Shown: positions 1-7,679 of the stretch, piece by piece
Position numbering within the stretch: position 1 is the stretch's first letter
How the letters are laid out: each line of letters opens with the position of its first letter
Assembly (NCBI GenBank): GCA_963704755.1
Contig: OY969938.1
Location: 2,370,001 to 2,402,000, forward strand
Direction of reading: 5' to 3'
Source of the DNA: an uncultured Chloroflexia bacterium
Lineage (GTDB): Bacteria > Chloroflexota > Anaerolineae > Anaerolineales > Anaerolineaceae
Length of the DNA: 32,000 nucleotides
The notes under the pieces: generated by a model
Told to the model about the DNA's origin: nothing
Databases searched by the model: none
The model's input: only the letters and a program-made list of their open reading frames with translations
Translations under genes and position numbers: made by a program

Positions 1-132
1 AGAGGGGAGTTGATCACCGGCTTTGAGACGCCCATCACGAATCACACCGGCTAATACATCACTTAATTGCTGGTGGAGAGGGACCGGGCTATGCCGGTCG
101 AGAGGTTTATCAGACCATCCTTTGAGTTCCAA
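1..132 (-). CDS. GntR-family transcriptional regulator, N-terminal winged-HTH part (rest of gene lies beyond window start)
   Basis: Own reverse-strand translation from TTG at 130-132 gives MELKGWSDKPLDRHSPVPLHQQLSDVLAGVIRDGRLKAGDQLPS... This matches the GntR HTH opening (PLhqQl...I..G.l..GdqLPS). GGAGGA lies 8 nt upstream of the TTG. It is absent from the ORF track because it is short and runs off the edge. Confidence 0.6.
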   Translation of the reverse strand, partial: MELKGWSDKPLDRHSPVPLHQQLSDVLAGVIRDGRLKAGDQLPS

Positions 133-173
133 GGGTATCTTCCTCCGTAATTAAGATGAGTGTGTCTGGTTGG

Positions 174-202
174 TTGACAAGCGGATTGGCAAACACTATA
201 AT
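174..202 (+). promoter_or_regulatory. sigma70-type promoter, exact consensus TTGACA-17 nt-TATAAT
   Basis: TTGACA at 174-179, a 17-nt spacer, then TATAAT at 197-202, read directly. The predicted start is near 209, pointing into the hairpin-rich leader and the ORF at 567. Confidence 0.55.
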
Positions 203-235
203 CACGTTACCTTATACGGTTATCATGACAAGTTC

Positions 236-264
236 ATTTTAGCAAGGTGAACACAAATTGTCAA
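236..264 (-). promoter_or_regulatory. sigma70-type promoter TTGACA-17 nt-TAAAAT for the partial GntR gene
   Basis: The reverse strand reads TTGACA (259-264), atttgtgttcaccttgc, TAAAAT (236-241). The predicted start is near 229, reading toward the GntR start at 132. Confidence 0.5.
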
Positions 265-300
265 TACACTCGTAAAATTGGTCAGCAAGTTCTTATGTGG

Positions 301-545
301 TTTTGTAACTACTCAACCAAACTGGAAGAGCTGCGAATTTGAGGGGTTTGCCGGGGCGAAGCCCGGCAAACCCCTCAAATTCGGGAACTTTTTAGCAGGA
401 GCCTGAGTGGTTATGAGATTTTTCTTTTACAAAATATAACCACTCAGCTACCATGCAGGAACCGGGTGTTATTTATTGTTTTTATGTGCTAACAATAAAT
501 AACACCCATACCTTCTAAACCTGGCTGAGTAGTTACTACAAAATA
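301..545. repeat. nested inverted-repeat / hairpin cluster in the 5' region of the BtpA-like gene
   Basis: Outer inverted repeat: TTTTGTAACTACTCAACC (301-318) pairs with GGCTGAGTAGTTACTACAAAA (524-544), with 1 mismatch and a 3-nt indel. Three perfect inner hairpins: 334-355/362-383 (22 bp), 403-414/436-447 (12 bp) and 464-480/491-507 (17 bp). The motif CTGAGTRGTTA recurs four times in both orientations. Confidence 0.8.
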
Positions 546-566
546 ATTTATTGAGGAGCATTACCC

Positions 567-1358
567 TTGGTCCAATCCATGAACATTTTTGACGTACACC
601 CCCTGGTGATCGCCGCCCTTCACCTGCCCGAATTAGGAACAGGCCATAAACCGGTTTCAATGGCATGGCTCGAAGATTACGTGCTCAAAAACCTGGCCGT
701 CTTTGTGGAAGGCGGCGTGCCGGCCGTGATCTTACAAGAGGAAACCCTGACGACCGGTCCGTTGCGCCCCGAAAATATCGCTATCATGACCGCCCTGGCG
801 CGCATGGCCCGGCAACAATTCCCCGAGCTGCAGTTGGGTATCATCGTCCAGGCCCACGATCCGCTGGCACCGCTGGCGATTGCGCACGCCAGTGGCGCCA
901 GCTTTGTACGTATTAAAGTTTTCGTGGGCGCAATGCTCAAAGCGGAAGGGATCCAGCAGGGTTGTGGAGCGGCAGCGCGCGATTACCGCGCCTTGCTGGG
1001 ACGGGAAGACATCCAGATCCTGGCGGACGTGCACGACCGCACCGGCTACTCGCTCACTGCTGAGCCGACGGATGTGGCAGCCGAATGGGCGGCCCGCCAC
1101 GGCGCCGACGGGTTGGTCCTCACCGGATACAGCTACGCAGAATCCCTGCACTATCTCGAAACCGTGCGTAAAACGGGCCTTGGCAAACCTCTGCTGATGG
1201 GCGGAGGAGCAGACGAGACCAACGTGGCCGAGGTGCTGAATTATGCCGATGGGGTCGTGGTCAGCAGCGCGTTAAAACGCAAGCAGGTCGCACCGGACGA
1301 TCTGATCCAGTGGGATCAAGAAGCCATCCAGCGCTTCATGGCAGCGGCTCACGCTTAA
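567..1358 (+). CDS. BtpA/SgcQ-family TIM-barrel protein (paralogue 1)
   Basis: 263-aa ORF with a TTG start 8 nt after GAGGAG (553-558). Blocks typical of the BtpA family are present: VIAALHLP, AVILQEE, AIAHASGASFVRIKVF, ILADVH, GADGLVLTG, MGGGA, ADGVVVSSALKR. It is collinear with the second copy at 11644-12447. Confidence 0.8.
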   Translation: MVQSMNIFDVHPLVIAALHLPELGTGHKPVSMAWLEDYVLKNLAVFVEGGVPAVILQEETLTTGPLRPENIAIMTALARMARQQFPELQLGIIVQAHDPLAPLAIAHASGASFVRIKVFVGAMLKAEGIQQGCGAAARDYRALLGREDIQILADVHDRTGYSLTAEPTDVAAEWAARHGADGLVLTGYSYAESLHYLETVRKTGLGKPLLMGGGADETNVAEVLNYADGVVVSSALKRKQVAPDDLIQWDQEAIQRFMAAAHA

Positions 1359-1394
1359 ACTGCCGATAGTCTTCTCAAGATCAGTGCCGGCAAT

Positions 1395-2543
1395 TTATCG
1401 CGTGAAATCTCTGGGTGCACTGTAGAGCGCGACGATATTTTCCAGCGGCGCGTCGGCCTGAAGCTGGTGGGCCGTCGCGCAAATATAGCCCCCGCCTGCG
1501 CCCAGGATCCGAATCCGCTCGGCGACTTCCTGGCGAACATCCTCGGGCGAGCCCGTCACCATGGTCTGCTGCAGGTCGATCCCGCCGTGAAAGGCGATCC
1601 GCTCCCCGTAATCCGCTTTGATCCGAGCCATGTCCATGCCGGCCGCACGCGGCTGGAGCGGGTTGAGCACGTCGATGCCCATATCCTGCACCAGCGAACC
1701 GATCAGCGGGACGACCGCACCGCAAGAGTGGTACATAATTTTTAGCCCGTGCGATTTAATGGCCTGGTTCAAGCGCTGGTGGCGGGGTAGGATGTACTTC
1801 CGCCACATCTTCGCGGACATCAACAAACTGTTCTGGATGGCCACGTCATCGAAGGTGTAGGCCAGGTCGATGCATCCCGGCGCAGCGTCCATCAACCGGT
1901 GGACGCTCTCGATCATCAGGTCGGTGTAACCATCCATGATCGCGCAGGGAATGTCCGGCCGTTCGATCAGGTCGAGCAGGAAACGCTCCAGCCCATACAG
2001 CGCCCAGGCGGATTCGAAGATCCCGCCCACCTCGTAGCGGATGTGGTAGCGGGTCTGCGCGTTGATCTGCTCCACCTTGGGGCGAATCGAACCCCAGTCC
2101 CAGTACTCCGCCCTGGGCCAAAACGGCCAGGATTCAACCTCAGCCGCGGATTGCGCCTCAGAAAGCGGAAAGCCGGCGTACTCCTCGTAGGTCGAATAAG
2201 CATTGGTGACGCGCTTGCGGTGCTCACCCCAGGTGGTGAAGTACGATCCATCAGGGAACTGCTGTGGCGCCGGCCCGATATAATCCGGCGCAACGATCCG
2301 GCAGTCAACGCCCAACAAGCGCAGCAATTCTTCTTCACTTTCAACACCCAGGTAGCTTTTCAGGGATTGAACGACCTCGGGCACGGCCCAAAAATCGAAC
2401 GGGACCCGGTCGCCCTGCCGGCGCTCGACAGCGGACTGGACCCGTTCATAAGGCGACATGCGCTCGGGGGACGGGTCGCCGTAGCGTTCTTCCAGAAGGC
2501 TGCGGGCTGCTATATCTAGAGAAGGGGAAAAATCTGGCATCAT
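1395..2543 (-). CDS. uroporphyrinogen-decarboxylase (URO-D/MtaA-like) family protein, non-haem context
   Basis: 382-aa ORF, 36 nt downstream of the SIS gene on the same strand. It has URO-D-family-like blocks (RVPFDFWAVPE, IMYHSCGAVVPLIGSLVQDMGIDVLNPLQP, IAFHGGIDLQ). The family call is from recall of the fold signature, not from a search. Confidence 0.6.
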   Translation of the reverse strand: MMPDFSPSLDIAARSLLEERYGDPSPERMSPYERVQSAVERRQGDRVPFDFWAVPEVVQSLKSYLGVESEEELLRLLGVDCRIVAPDYIGPAPQQFPDGSYFTTWGEHRKRVTNAYSTYEEYAGFPLSEAQSAAEVESWPFWPRAEYWDWGSIRPKVEQINAQTRYHIRYEVGGIFESAWALYGLERFLLDLIERPDIPCAIMDGYTDLMIESVHRLMDAAPGCIDLAYTFDDVAIQNSLLMSAKMWRKYILPRHQRLNQAIKSHGLKIMYHSCGAVVPLIGSLVQDMGIDVLNPLQPRAAGMDMARIKADYGERIAFHGGIDLQQTMVTGSPEDVRQEVAERIRILGAGGGYICATAHQLQADAPLENIVALYSAPRDFTR

Positions 2544-2579
2544 GTGGCAACCTTATGAAAATGGACTGCATCTTCTGAA

Positions 2580-3779
2580 TTAAGCGGCGAGAATATGACC
2601 CGCGGCCTCTGCCCGGCGGAACTTCTCCATGGCCACGTGGTATGCAAAAAGTTGTACCGGGACGCTGTAGAGGAATGCGGAAAAAGTTTCCGGCACTTCG
2701 GCCAGGGTGAATACGCGATTCGATTGTCCAAACAGGCCGGCGTCGCGTTCGGCTACCACGCTGTACACCTGCCCGCCCCAGCGTTTACCCTCGTGCAGCG
2801 TGTCCAGCGCCCGCGGTATGCTCGGGCCATGCGGGGCAATCAGGAAGAGCGGATCGCCCGCCTTCTGAGAATTGTAGTGGTGGAACTCTTCCAGGGGGAT
2901 GGCCAGGCTGTGTTCTGGCGAACATTCGCGCATCTTGGCCGCGCCAAACAGCGCCGAAGCGAAAGCCGGCCCGCCGCCGCTGTAAAGATAGATTTTCCGA
3001 TCGGCTTCCAATTGGGCTACTTCACGAATGCCCGCGTCGGTCGTCTCGAGCGTGTGGGCGATTTGCCCAGGGATTTGCTGGAAGGCAGCCTGCAATGGAT
3101 CGAGAATTTCTCGGGGAGTGCCTTTCAACTGCGCGACTTCCAGCAGCAACTGGACCAGGATGGCCATGGCCGCCGTACTGGATTGGGTCGGCCAGCCTTT
3201 CCGCTGTGCATGGATGGTCAGCCCGCGGTCGGATTCGACCATCAAGGGCGAACCGGGTGTGTTGCTCAGGGCCAGCGTATAGGCTCCCAGCGCCCGCCCC
3301 AGCATCATCGCTTCGACGGTGCGGGTGGTGGCCCCGCTCGAGCTCAGCGTAATCACCAGGGTTTTGGGGTTGATCGTCCGGTAATAGTAATAGGTCAGGT
3401 CCAGCGCCTGGACCGGCTCGCAGGGGATGCCCAAAAGCTGCTCGAACAGGCTGCGCACGGCGATCATCACCGCGACCGAATCGCCGCAGCCGGTCATGTA
3501 AACCCGTTCGATCTCCAGACCGGCCAGAAAACGGGCAGCCTCGTGGATGGCCTGCCGTTCGCTTTCCAGCGTGGTGGTAATGGCCTGCGGCTGCGACCAC
3601 ATTTCGTCCCAGGTTAATTCAACGCGTTTGCGCCTTTTCGGATCCAGAGGATCATCGGTGGGCAGTTCCTGTAACTTCGCCCATTCTTCGTCATAAACTT
3701 TTTGAATCACCTGCCGTGAGCGAGGGTCGAGGGGTGAATCGGGCGCCAACAAAGGGGAATTGTAAGTGATATCGGACAA
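2580..3779 (-). CDS. double-SIS-domain phosphosugar isomerase/deaminase/deglycase-like protein (GlmS-C / AgaS / FrlB-like)
   Basis: 399-aa ORF with a TTG start (3777-3779) 9 nt after AGGAG. First SIS domain: MTGCGDS...VITLSSSGATTRTVEA. Second SIS domain: IYLYSGGGPAFASALFGAAKMRE...PLEEFHHY. A roughly 55-aa N-terminal extension precedes the usual W..M..QP opening. Confidence 0.75.
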   Translation of the reverse strand: MSDITYNSPLLAPDSPLDPRSRQVIQKVYDEEWAKLQELPTDDPLDPKRRKRVELTWDEMWSQPQAITTTLESERQAIHEAARFLAGLEIERVYMTGCGDSVAVMIAVRSLFEQLLGIPCEPVQALDLTYYYYRTINPKTLVITLSSSGATTRTVEAMMLGRALGAYTLALSNTPGSPLMVESDRGLTIHAQRKGWPTQSSTAAMAILVQLLLEVAQLKGTPREILDPLQAAFQQIPGQIAHTLETTDAGIREVAQLEADRKIYLYSGGGPAFASALFGAAKMRECSPEHSLAIPLEEFHHYNSQKAGDPLFLIAPHGPSIPRALDTLHEGKRWGGQVYSVVAERDAGLFGQSNRVFTLAEVPETFSAFLYSVPVQLFAYHVAMEKFRRAEAAGHILAA

Positions 3780-3851
3780 GGCTTGGGGCTCCTGAAAAAT
3801 ATTAATCAGCGGCTAAAGACGATCAACTTATACTCTTAACCGGACAAGCTT

Positions 3852-3879
3852 ATTTTAGCATCCCTGCAAGAATTGTCAA
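3852..3879 (-). promoter_or_regulatory. sigma70-type promoter TTGACA-16 nt-TAAAAT for the SIS/URO-D-like operon
   Basis: The reverse strand reads TTGACA (3874-3879), attcttgcagggatgc, TAAAAT (3852-3857), about 70 nt upstream of the SIS start codon. Confidence 0.5.
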
Positions 3880-4425
3880 CCACCTGCAACCGGGGTACTC
3901 ACCCTGGACGGTGTGGATTACCCCGTCAGCGGCAAAGGCTGGTTCGACCGGCAGGGAGGCCCATACAATCCGCTCGATGACCGGACCTCCTGGGAGTGGT
4001 TCTCGCTGCGCTTTTTCGATAACGAAGAGATCATGCTGTTCTCGTTCCCCCAGGACCCCTACCAGGATGGCACGTTCATCGACCAATCCGGCGCGTAACG
4101 GCGTCTGAACGATTACACGATCAGCCACCTGGGATACACCGAAGCGAAGGGTAAAAAGTTCTCGTCCGGCTGGAAAATCGAGATGAAAAGCGTCAAAGAC
4201 GAGGAATACACCCTCACGCCGATCATCGCTGGACAGCTCAATTTGTTCTATTTCGAGCTATTGGCTGAAATCAAGGACAGGGCCGGGAATCTCGCCGGCT
4301 ACTGCTTTGTAGAGCTGCTGCCGGGCGTGTTCAATCTAATTGGGAAGAAACCCGAAATTGAGCTGTTAGTGAGGGCCACACCCTCGCTAACAGCTCAATT
4401 TCGAGTATTTCTTGCACGGGCCTGA
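3859..4425 (+). pseudogene. AttH/CrtC-like (lipocalin-type) gene remnant: 5'-truncated, with an in-frame TAA
   Basis: The frame is open from 3859 with no start codon. It reads ...GVLTLDGVDYPVSGKGWFDRQGGPYNPLDDRTSWEWFSLRFFDNEEIMLF...IDQSGA, then TAA (4096-4098), then RRLNDYTISH...SSGWKIEM...TLTPIIAGQ...AGYCFVELLPG in the same frame. The pattern G.GW.DRQ.G...WEWF.L matches the C-terminal half of AttH/CrtC-like proteins. The N-terminal half is missing. Confidence 0.5.
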
Positions 4426-4450
4426 GTAGTTCCCTTTATTTTACAAATAG
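4353..4450 (+). repeat. second copy of the hairpin-plus-tail intergenic module (compare 334-433)
   Basis: A 23-bp stem (4353-4375/4381-4403, one G-U pair) has the same base, CGAAATTGAG, as CGAATTTGAG at 334-343. After 16 nt come GCCTGAGTAGTT (4420-4431) and TTTTACAAA (4439-4447). In the first copy there are 17 nt, then GCCTGAGTGGTT (401-412) and TTTTACAAA (425-433). Confidence 0.7.
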
Positions 4451-4465
4451 CCCCCCTACTTGTAG

Positions 4466-4507
4466 CCTGCCTCTCCTGAAAGGAACACTTTTTCCAGGGG
4501 AGGCAGG
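4466..4507 (+). repeat. 13-bp stem hairpin downstream of the module
   Basis: CCTGCCTCTCCTG (4466-4478) pairs with CAGGGGAGGCAGG (4495-4507), with one G-U pair and a loop of about 16 nt. Confidence 0.6.
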
Positions 4508-4630
4508 AATGAATTCAATACGATAGTAATCCATTCCATTCTACCTTGACAAATCGAATCGGCTTATGCAAAAATATTATGGATTCGAGGGATTGGCATT
4601 CCGGCCAATTAACCTCGTGGAGGCCGTTCA

Positions 4631-4999
4631 ATGAGTTATGAAACGCTGCTAAAACAATACGAACAAGCACTCGCCACACACCAATGGGAAGCCGTGGCTC
4701 CCCTGATTGACGATGAGGCGTGTTTCGTGTTTTCGGAAGGCACTTTCGAGGGCAAAGATCGCATCCGGCAGGCCTTCCAAAAGACCTTCGCGCTCATCCA
4801 GGACGAAAGCTATTCTATCAGCGATCTGCGCTGGATCCATGTGCAGGGCGGCTGCGCCTTGTGTATGTACACGTTTCACTGGTCCGGCCAGATCGATGGG
4901 GCATTTGTACAAGGCGGCGGCCGCGGCACCAGTCTGCTGGTGCGGGGCAGCGCCGGTTGGAAGATAAAATACGAACACCTCGGACCACCGCCGCAATAG
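4631..4999 (+). CDS. NTF2-like / SnoaL-like (DUF4440-type) small protein
   Basis: 122-aa ORF with GGAGG 8 nt upstream of the ATG. The size and pattern (W..V..L...D..F.......G...I..AF...F; isolated W/Y residues in a cone-like alpha+beta layout) fit the NTF2-like superfamily. Recognition is weak. Confidence 0.5.
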   Translation: MSYETLLKQYEQALATHQWEAVAPLIDDEACFVFSEGTFEGKDRIRQAFQKTFALIQDESYSISDLRWIHVQGGCALCMYTFHWSGQIDGAFVQGGGRGTSLLVRGSAGWKIKYEHLGPPPQ

Positions 5000-5057
5000 A
5001 CGGCAGGGCCGAGGTGTTTGCTCTTCAAGCCGTTACCAGGGATTAAAGGAAACAGGC

Positions 5058-5597
5058 ATGAACGAGAGAATCATCGCTTTTCTGCACGGCATCAATGTTG
5101 GGGGCCACGTGGTCAAGATGGAACGCCTGCGCCAACTGTTCACAGAGCTTGGGCTTGAAAACGTCAGCTCCTACATTAATAGTGGCAATATCTTCTTCGA
5201 CAGCGGCGAAAGTGACCGCTCCTGGCTGGCCCAAAGGATCGAACACCATTTGAACGAAGCGCTGGGCTACGAAGTGCCGGTCTTTCTACGCACGCTAGAC
5301 GAACTCAAGGCTATACTGGCCCAGGATCCCTTTCGGGATATCGCGTTAACCGCGGACAAACGGTTTTGTGTGGTATTCACCGGTATCCCGCTCAACGAAA
5401 AGCTGAATCTGCCCCTGGTCTCATCAAAGAACGATATGGACCTCATCGCCGTTAACCGCTACGAGGCCTTTTTCGTCTGGCACATCCTGAATGGCCGGCC
5501 GCCTTCCGGCCGTTTCCCCGAAGAGGTTCTCCCCAAGCGGAATTCTTCACGCTTTTTCCACACCCTGGGAAAAATACTCCAGGCCGCGGAGAAGTAA
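5058..5597 (+). CDS. DUF1697 family protein
   Basis: 179-aa ORF. The N-terminus IIAFLHGINVGGHVVKMERLRQLFTELGLENVSSYINSGNIFF matches the DUF1697 signature (LLRGINVGG...kM..L......G...V.TYi.SGNv.F). Confidence 0.8.
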   Translation: MNERIIAFLHGINVGGHVVKMERLRQLFTELGLENVSSYINSGNIFFDSGESDRSWLAQRIEHHLNEALGYEVPVFLRTLDELKAILAQDPFRDIALTADKRFCVVFTGIPLNEKLNLPLVSSKNDMDLIAVNRYEAFFVWHILNGRPPSGRFPEEVLPKRNSSRFFHTLGKILQAAEK

Positions 5598-5647
5598 GCC
5601 CAAACGGCGTTGATCGCCGAATCCTTCCACTGCGCCGGGCAGAAAAA

Positions 5648-6496
5648 TTATCCCTTCACAGCCCCGGCCGTCAATCCTTTGACGAACCACTTTTGCAATA
5701 ACAAGTACAACACAAGAGCCGGCAGCGAAGCAATGATAGCGCCGGCCATCATCTCATTCCAGGCGACCCGAAATTCCCCATTGAACGAAGCAATTCCCAC
5801 CGGTAAAGTGTACATGGCCTGCGTGGTCGTCAGCCCCATGGCAAACAGGTAATGGTTCCAGGCCACCAAAAATCCGAACAATGAGGTTGCGGCTATCCCC
5901 GGTACGGCCAAAGGTAAAACCACAAACCAAAGTGTTTGAAACCGGTTACAACCGTCGATCATGGCCGATTCGTCGATATCCACAGGAATCGAATCAAAAA
6001 ATCCTTTCAACATCCAGGTACAAAACGGTAACGAAAAAGAAGTGTAGGCGATGATTAAAGCGCCATAAGAATTAATCAGGTTCAACTTGCCCATCATGAT
6101 GAAATAAGGCAGCAGCAACAAGATTGCCGGTACCATTTGGGTGAACAGGAACAGGAAAAGAACGATCTTGTTTCCGCGAAATTTAAACCGAGAGAACCCA
6201 TAAGCTGCCAAACTGGCCAAGACCACGGAAAACAGCGTGCTGCTGACCGAGACGACCGTTGAATTAAAGAACATCCGGGAAAAGTTACCGTAGGTCCAGA
6301 CCTTTGAGAATGCTTCAAACGTTAATGCCTGGGGCCAAAAAGTAGGGGGCCACAAATATGTTTCTGGAATTGTCTTGAGCGAAGTCACAACAATCCAATA
6401 AAGGGGGAAAAGGATCGTCGACAAGATCAAAATCAGCAGAAGCACAACCAGGGTTCTGAATATTATTGTTGATGCGGAGAGCCGTTTCTTGTTCAA
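5648..6496 (-). CDS. carbohydrate ABC transporter permease (MalG/UgpE-like)
   Basis: 282-aa ORF with a TTG start after GGAAGG. It has six predicted hydrophobic segments and the EAA loop DESAMIDGCNRFQTLWFVVLPLAVPG. It lies 30 nt downstream of the first permease. Confidence 0.85.
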   Translation of the reverse strand: MNKKRLSASTIIFRTLVVLLLILILSTILFPLYWIVVTSLKTIPETYLWPPTFWPQALTFEAFSKVWTYGNFSRMFFNSTVVSVSSTLFSVVLASLAAYGFSRFKFRGNKIVLFLFLFTQMVPAILLLLPYFIMMGKLNLINSYGALIIAYTSFSLPFCTWMLKGFFDSIPVDIDESAMIDGCNRFQTLWFVVLPLAVPGIAATSLFGFLVAWNHYLFAMGLTTTQAMYTLPVGIASFNGEFRVAWNEMMAGAIIASLPALVLYLLLQKWFVKGLTAGAVKG

Positions 6497-6526
6497 GGGA
6501 AAGCCTTCCAGGCAGGATATCGCGGA

Positions 6527-7450
6527 CTAATCGTGGTCCAAGACACGCATATAGAGGATGGTCAAAGCTAACACGATTATCAACATCAGAACGGCAATGG
6601 CAGAACCATAACCAAATTGATAATAGGTAAAGGAAACTCGATAAATCAGGTTGGACAGCAATTCTGTGGCGTGCCCAGGGCCCCCACCGTTGGTCAAGAC
6701 CTGCGTCAAATCGAACTGGACGAAAGTCCAGATGGTCAACAAGACCGTGGTTACCGAGATGACATTTCGTAAATTGGGGAGGGTAACGTGCAAGAAAACC
6801 TGGAGGGCCGAAGCACCATCGACCACGGCGGCTTCTACCTGGTCCTCCGAGATGGACTGTAATCCAGCCGTAATCATCACCACGGCAAATGGCATGCTCC
6901 GCCAAATATTAACGAAAATTACTGCCGGCAGAGCCAGATCGGGGTTTCCAAATATACTGATATTCGACGTAATTAGCCCTAACTGGCGCAAGACAACATT
7001 AAAAACACCATATTGGGCGTTTAAAATCCACTTCCAGGTTGCCCCAGTGACTACAAACGAGATGGTCCATGGAATGAGAAAGATTGTGTTGAGGATGCGC
7101 TTCCCTTTCATCCAACTTGCGTTGACGATCAGGGCCACAACCATCCCCATCAGCAGAGAAATCGAAACGCTCGAGATTGTATAGATTAACGTGATTCCAA
7201 GGGAATTCGTAAAATAAGGATCTTTTACTGCATTGATGAAATTCTTTATCCCAATATAAGTTTGGGTAAAATCCAGGGACACGTTAAAAAAACTCATCCG
7301 TATGGCATATCCGATGGGAAATGCCAAAACGATCAAAAACAATAAGGACGCTGGCAAAACGAACATCCAACCTATCCGGTCAGTCTTGGTCATCCTGAAT
7401 AGCCCCGGAGCCCTTCTTTGCATTCTCAAAACCTGTCGCTTTTCCAACAC
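6527..7450 (-). CDS. carbohydrate ABC transporter permease (MalF/UgpA-like)
   Basis: 307-aa ORF with the EAA loop QVEAAVVDGASALQVFLHVTLPNLRN. The longest ORF starts at GTG 7450. ATG at 7393 (MTKTDRIGWMFVLPA...) is an equally plausible start. Confidence 0.85.
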   Translation of the reverse strand: MLEKRQVLRMQRRAPGLFRMTKTDRIGWMFVLPASLLFLIVLAFPIGYAIRMSFFNVSLDFTQTYIGIKNFINAVKDPYFTNSLGITLIYTISSVSISLLMGMVVALIVNASWMKGKRILNTIFLIPWTISFVVTGATWKWILNAQYGVFNVVLRQLGLITSNISIFGNPDLALPAVIFVNIWRSMPFAVVMITAGLQSISEDQVEAAVVDGASALQVFLHVTLPNLRNVISVTTVLLTIWTFVQFDLTQVLTNGGGPGHATELLSNLIYRVSFTYYQFGYGSAIAVLMLIIVLALTILYMRVLDHD

Positions 7451-7506
7451 GTCGATTATCTCTTCTCATCTGAAGTAAAAATATACGGGCATATCCGCGA
7501 AATTTT

Positions 7507-7543
7507 GGTAGCTGCCCGGCAGTTCGTCCACCGGGCAACTACC
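7507..7543 (-). promoter_or_regulatory. intercistronic stem-loop between the SBP and permease genes
   Basis: GGTAGCTGCCCGG (7507-7519) pairs with CCGGGCAACTACC (7531-7543): 13 bp, 1 mismatch, 11-nt loop. It lies just after the ancestral SBP stop (7569). No U-tract follows on the minus strand, so it looks more like an mRNA-stability or attenuation element than a terminator. Confidence 0.35.
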
Positions 7544-7679
7544 ATTCCGAACAAATACAAGTAATCCTTTATTGAGCCAAAATTGCCCGGATCTGGGTTG
7601 CAGCATCCTTTAGCGCTGCTTCCGGTTCAGTTTGACCCAATAGAGTTGATGTCAAAGCGTCCTGGAGAATGGTGGCGCA

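Noticed and set aside
334-383. 22-bp hairpin (and its counterpart 4353-4403) as a textbook intrinsic terminator
   Set aside because: The U-rich stretch starts 4-6 nt after the stem rather than immediately. The stem base is A/T-rich. A terminator role remains possible but cannot be asserted, so I kept it as a repeat or unknown element.
334-507. Hairpins considered as a CRISPR array, integron attC sites or a retron ncRNA
   Set aside because: There are no regularly spaced direct repeats and no cas genes. The stems lack the R''/R' (RYYYAAC...GTTRRRY) order and the extrahelical bases of attC sites, and no integrase is present. No reverse transcriptase gene is in the window.
469-666. 65-aa minus-strand ORF across the BtpA-like start region
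   Set aside because: It overlaps the hairpin 464-507 and the RBS and start of the BtpA-like gene. It has no RBS and an Arg/Gly-rich composition, so it is likely spurious.
1899-3617. Long plus-strand ORFs (1899-2519, 206 aa; 2595-3617, 340 aa; others) overlapping the URO-D-like and SIS genes
   Set aside because: They lie antisense to genes with clear family motifs. They are rich in Arg/Gly/Pro/Ala, as expected for the reverse frame of G+C-rich coding DNA, and have no RBS or recognisable domains. The same applies to 7776-8714 (+), which is antisense to the SBP gene.
4096-4098. Idea that in-frame TAA codons (4096, 7680, 14128) reflect stop-codon reassignment or systematic read-through
   Set aside because: TAA is the terminator of most intact genes here (for example 1356-1358, 1395-1397, 2580-2582, 5595-5597, 5648-5650, 11644-11646, 12476-12478), with no protein-like continuation after them. 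Two of the three affected genes show additional truncations. Ordinary nonsense mutations, or sequencing errors, are the simpler explanation.
5610-5852. 80-aa plus-strand ORF at the convergent junction after DUF1697
   Set aside because: It lies antisense to the 3' end of the permease gene, with no RBS and no recognisable motif.
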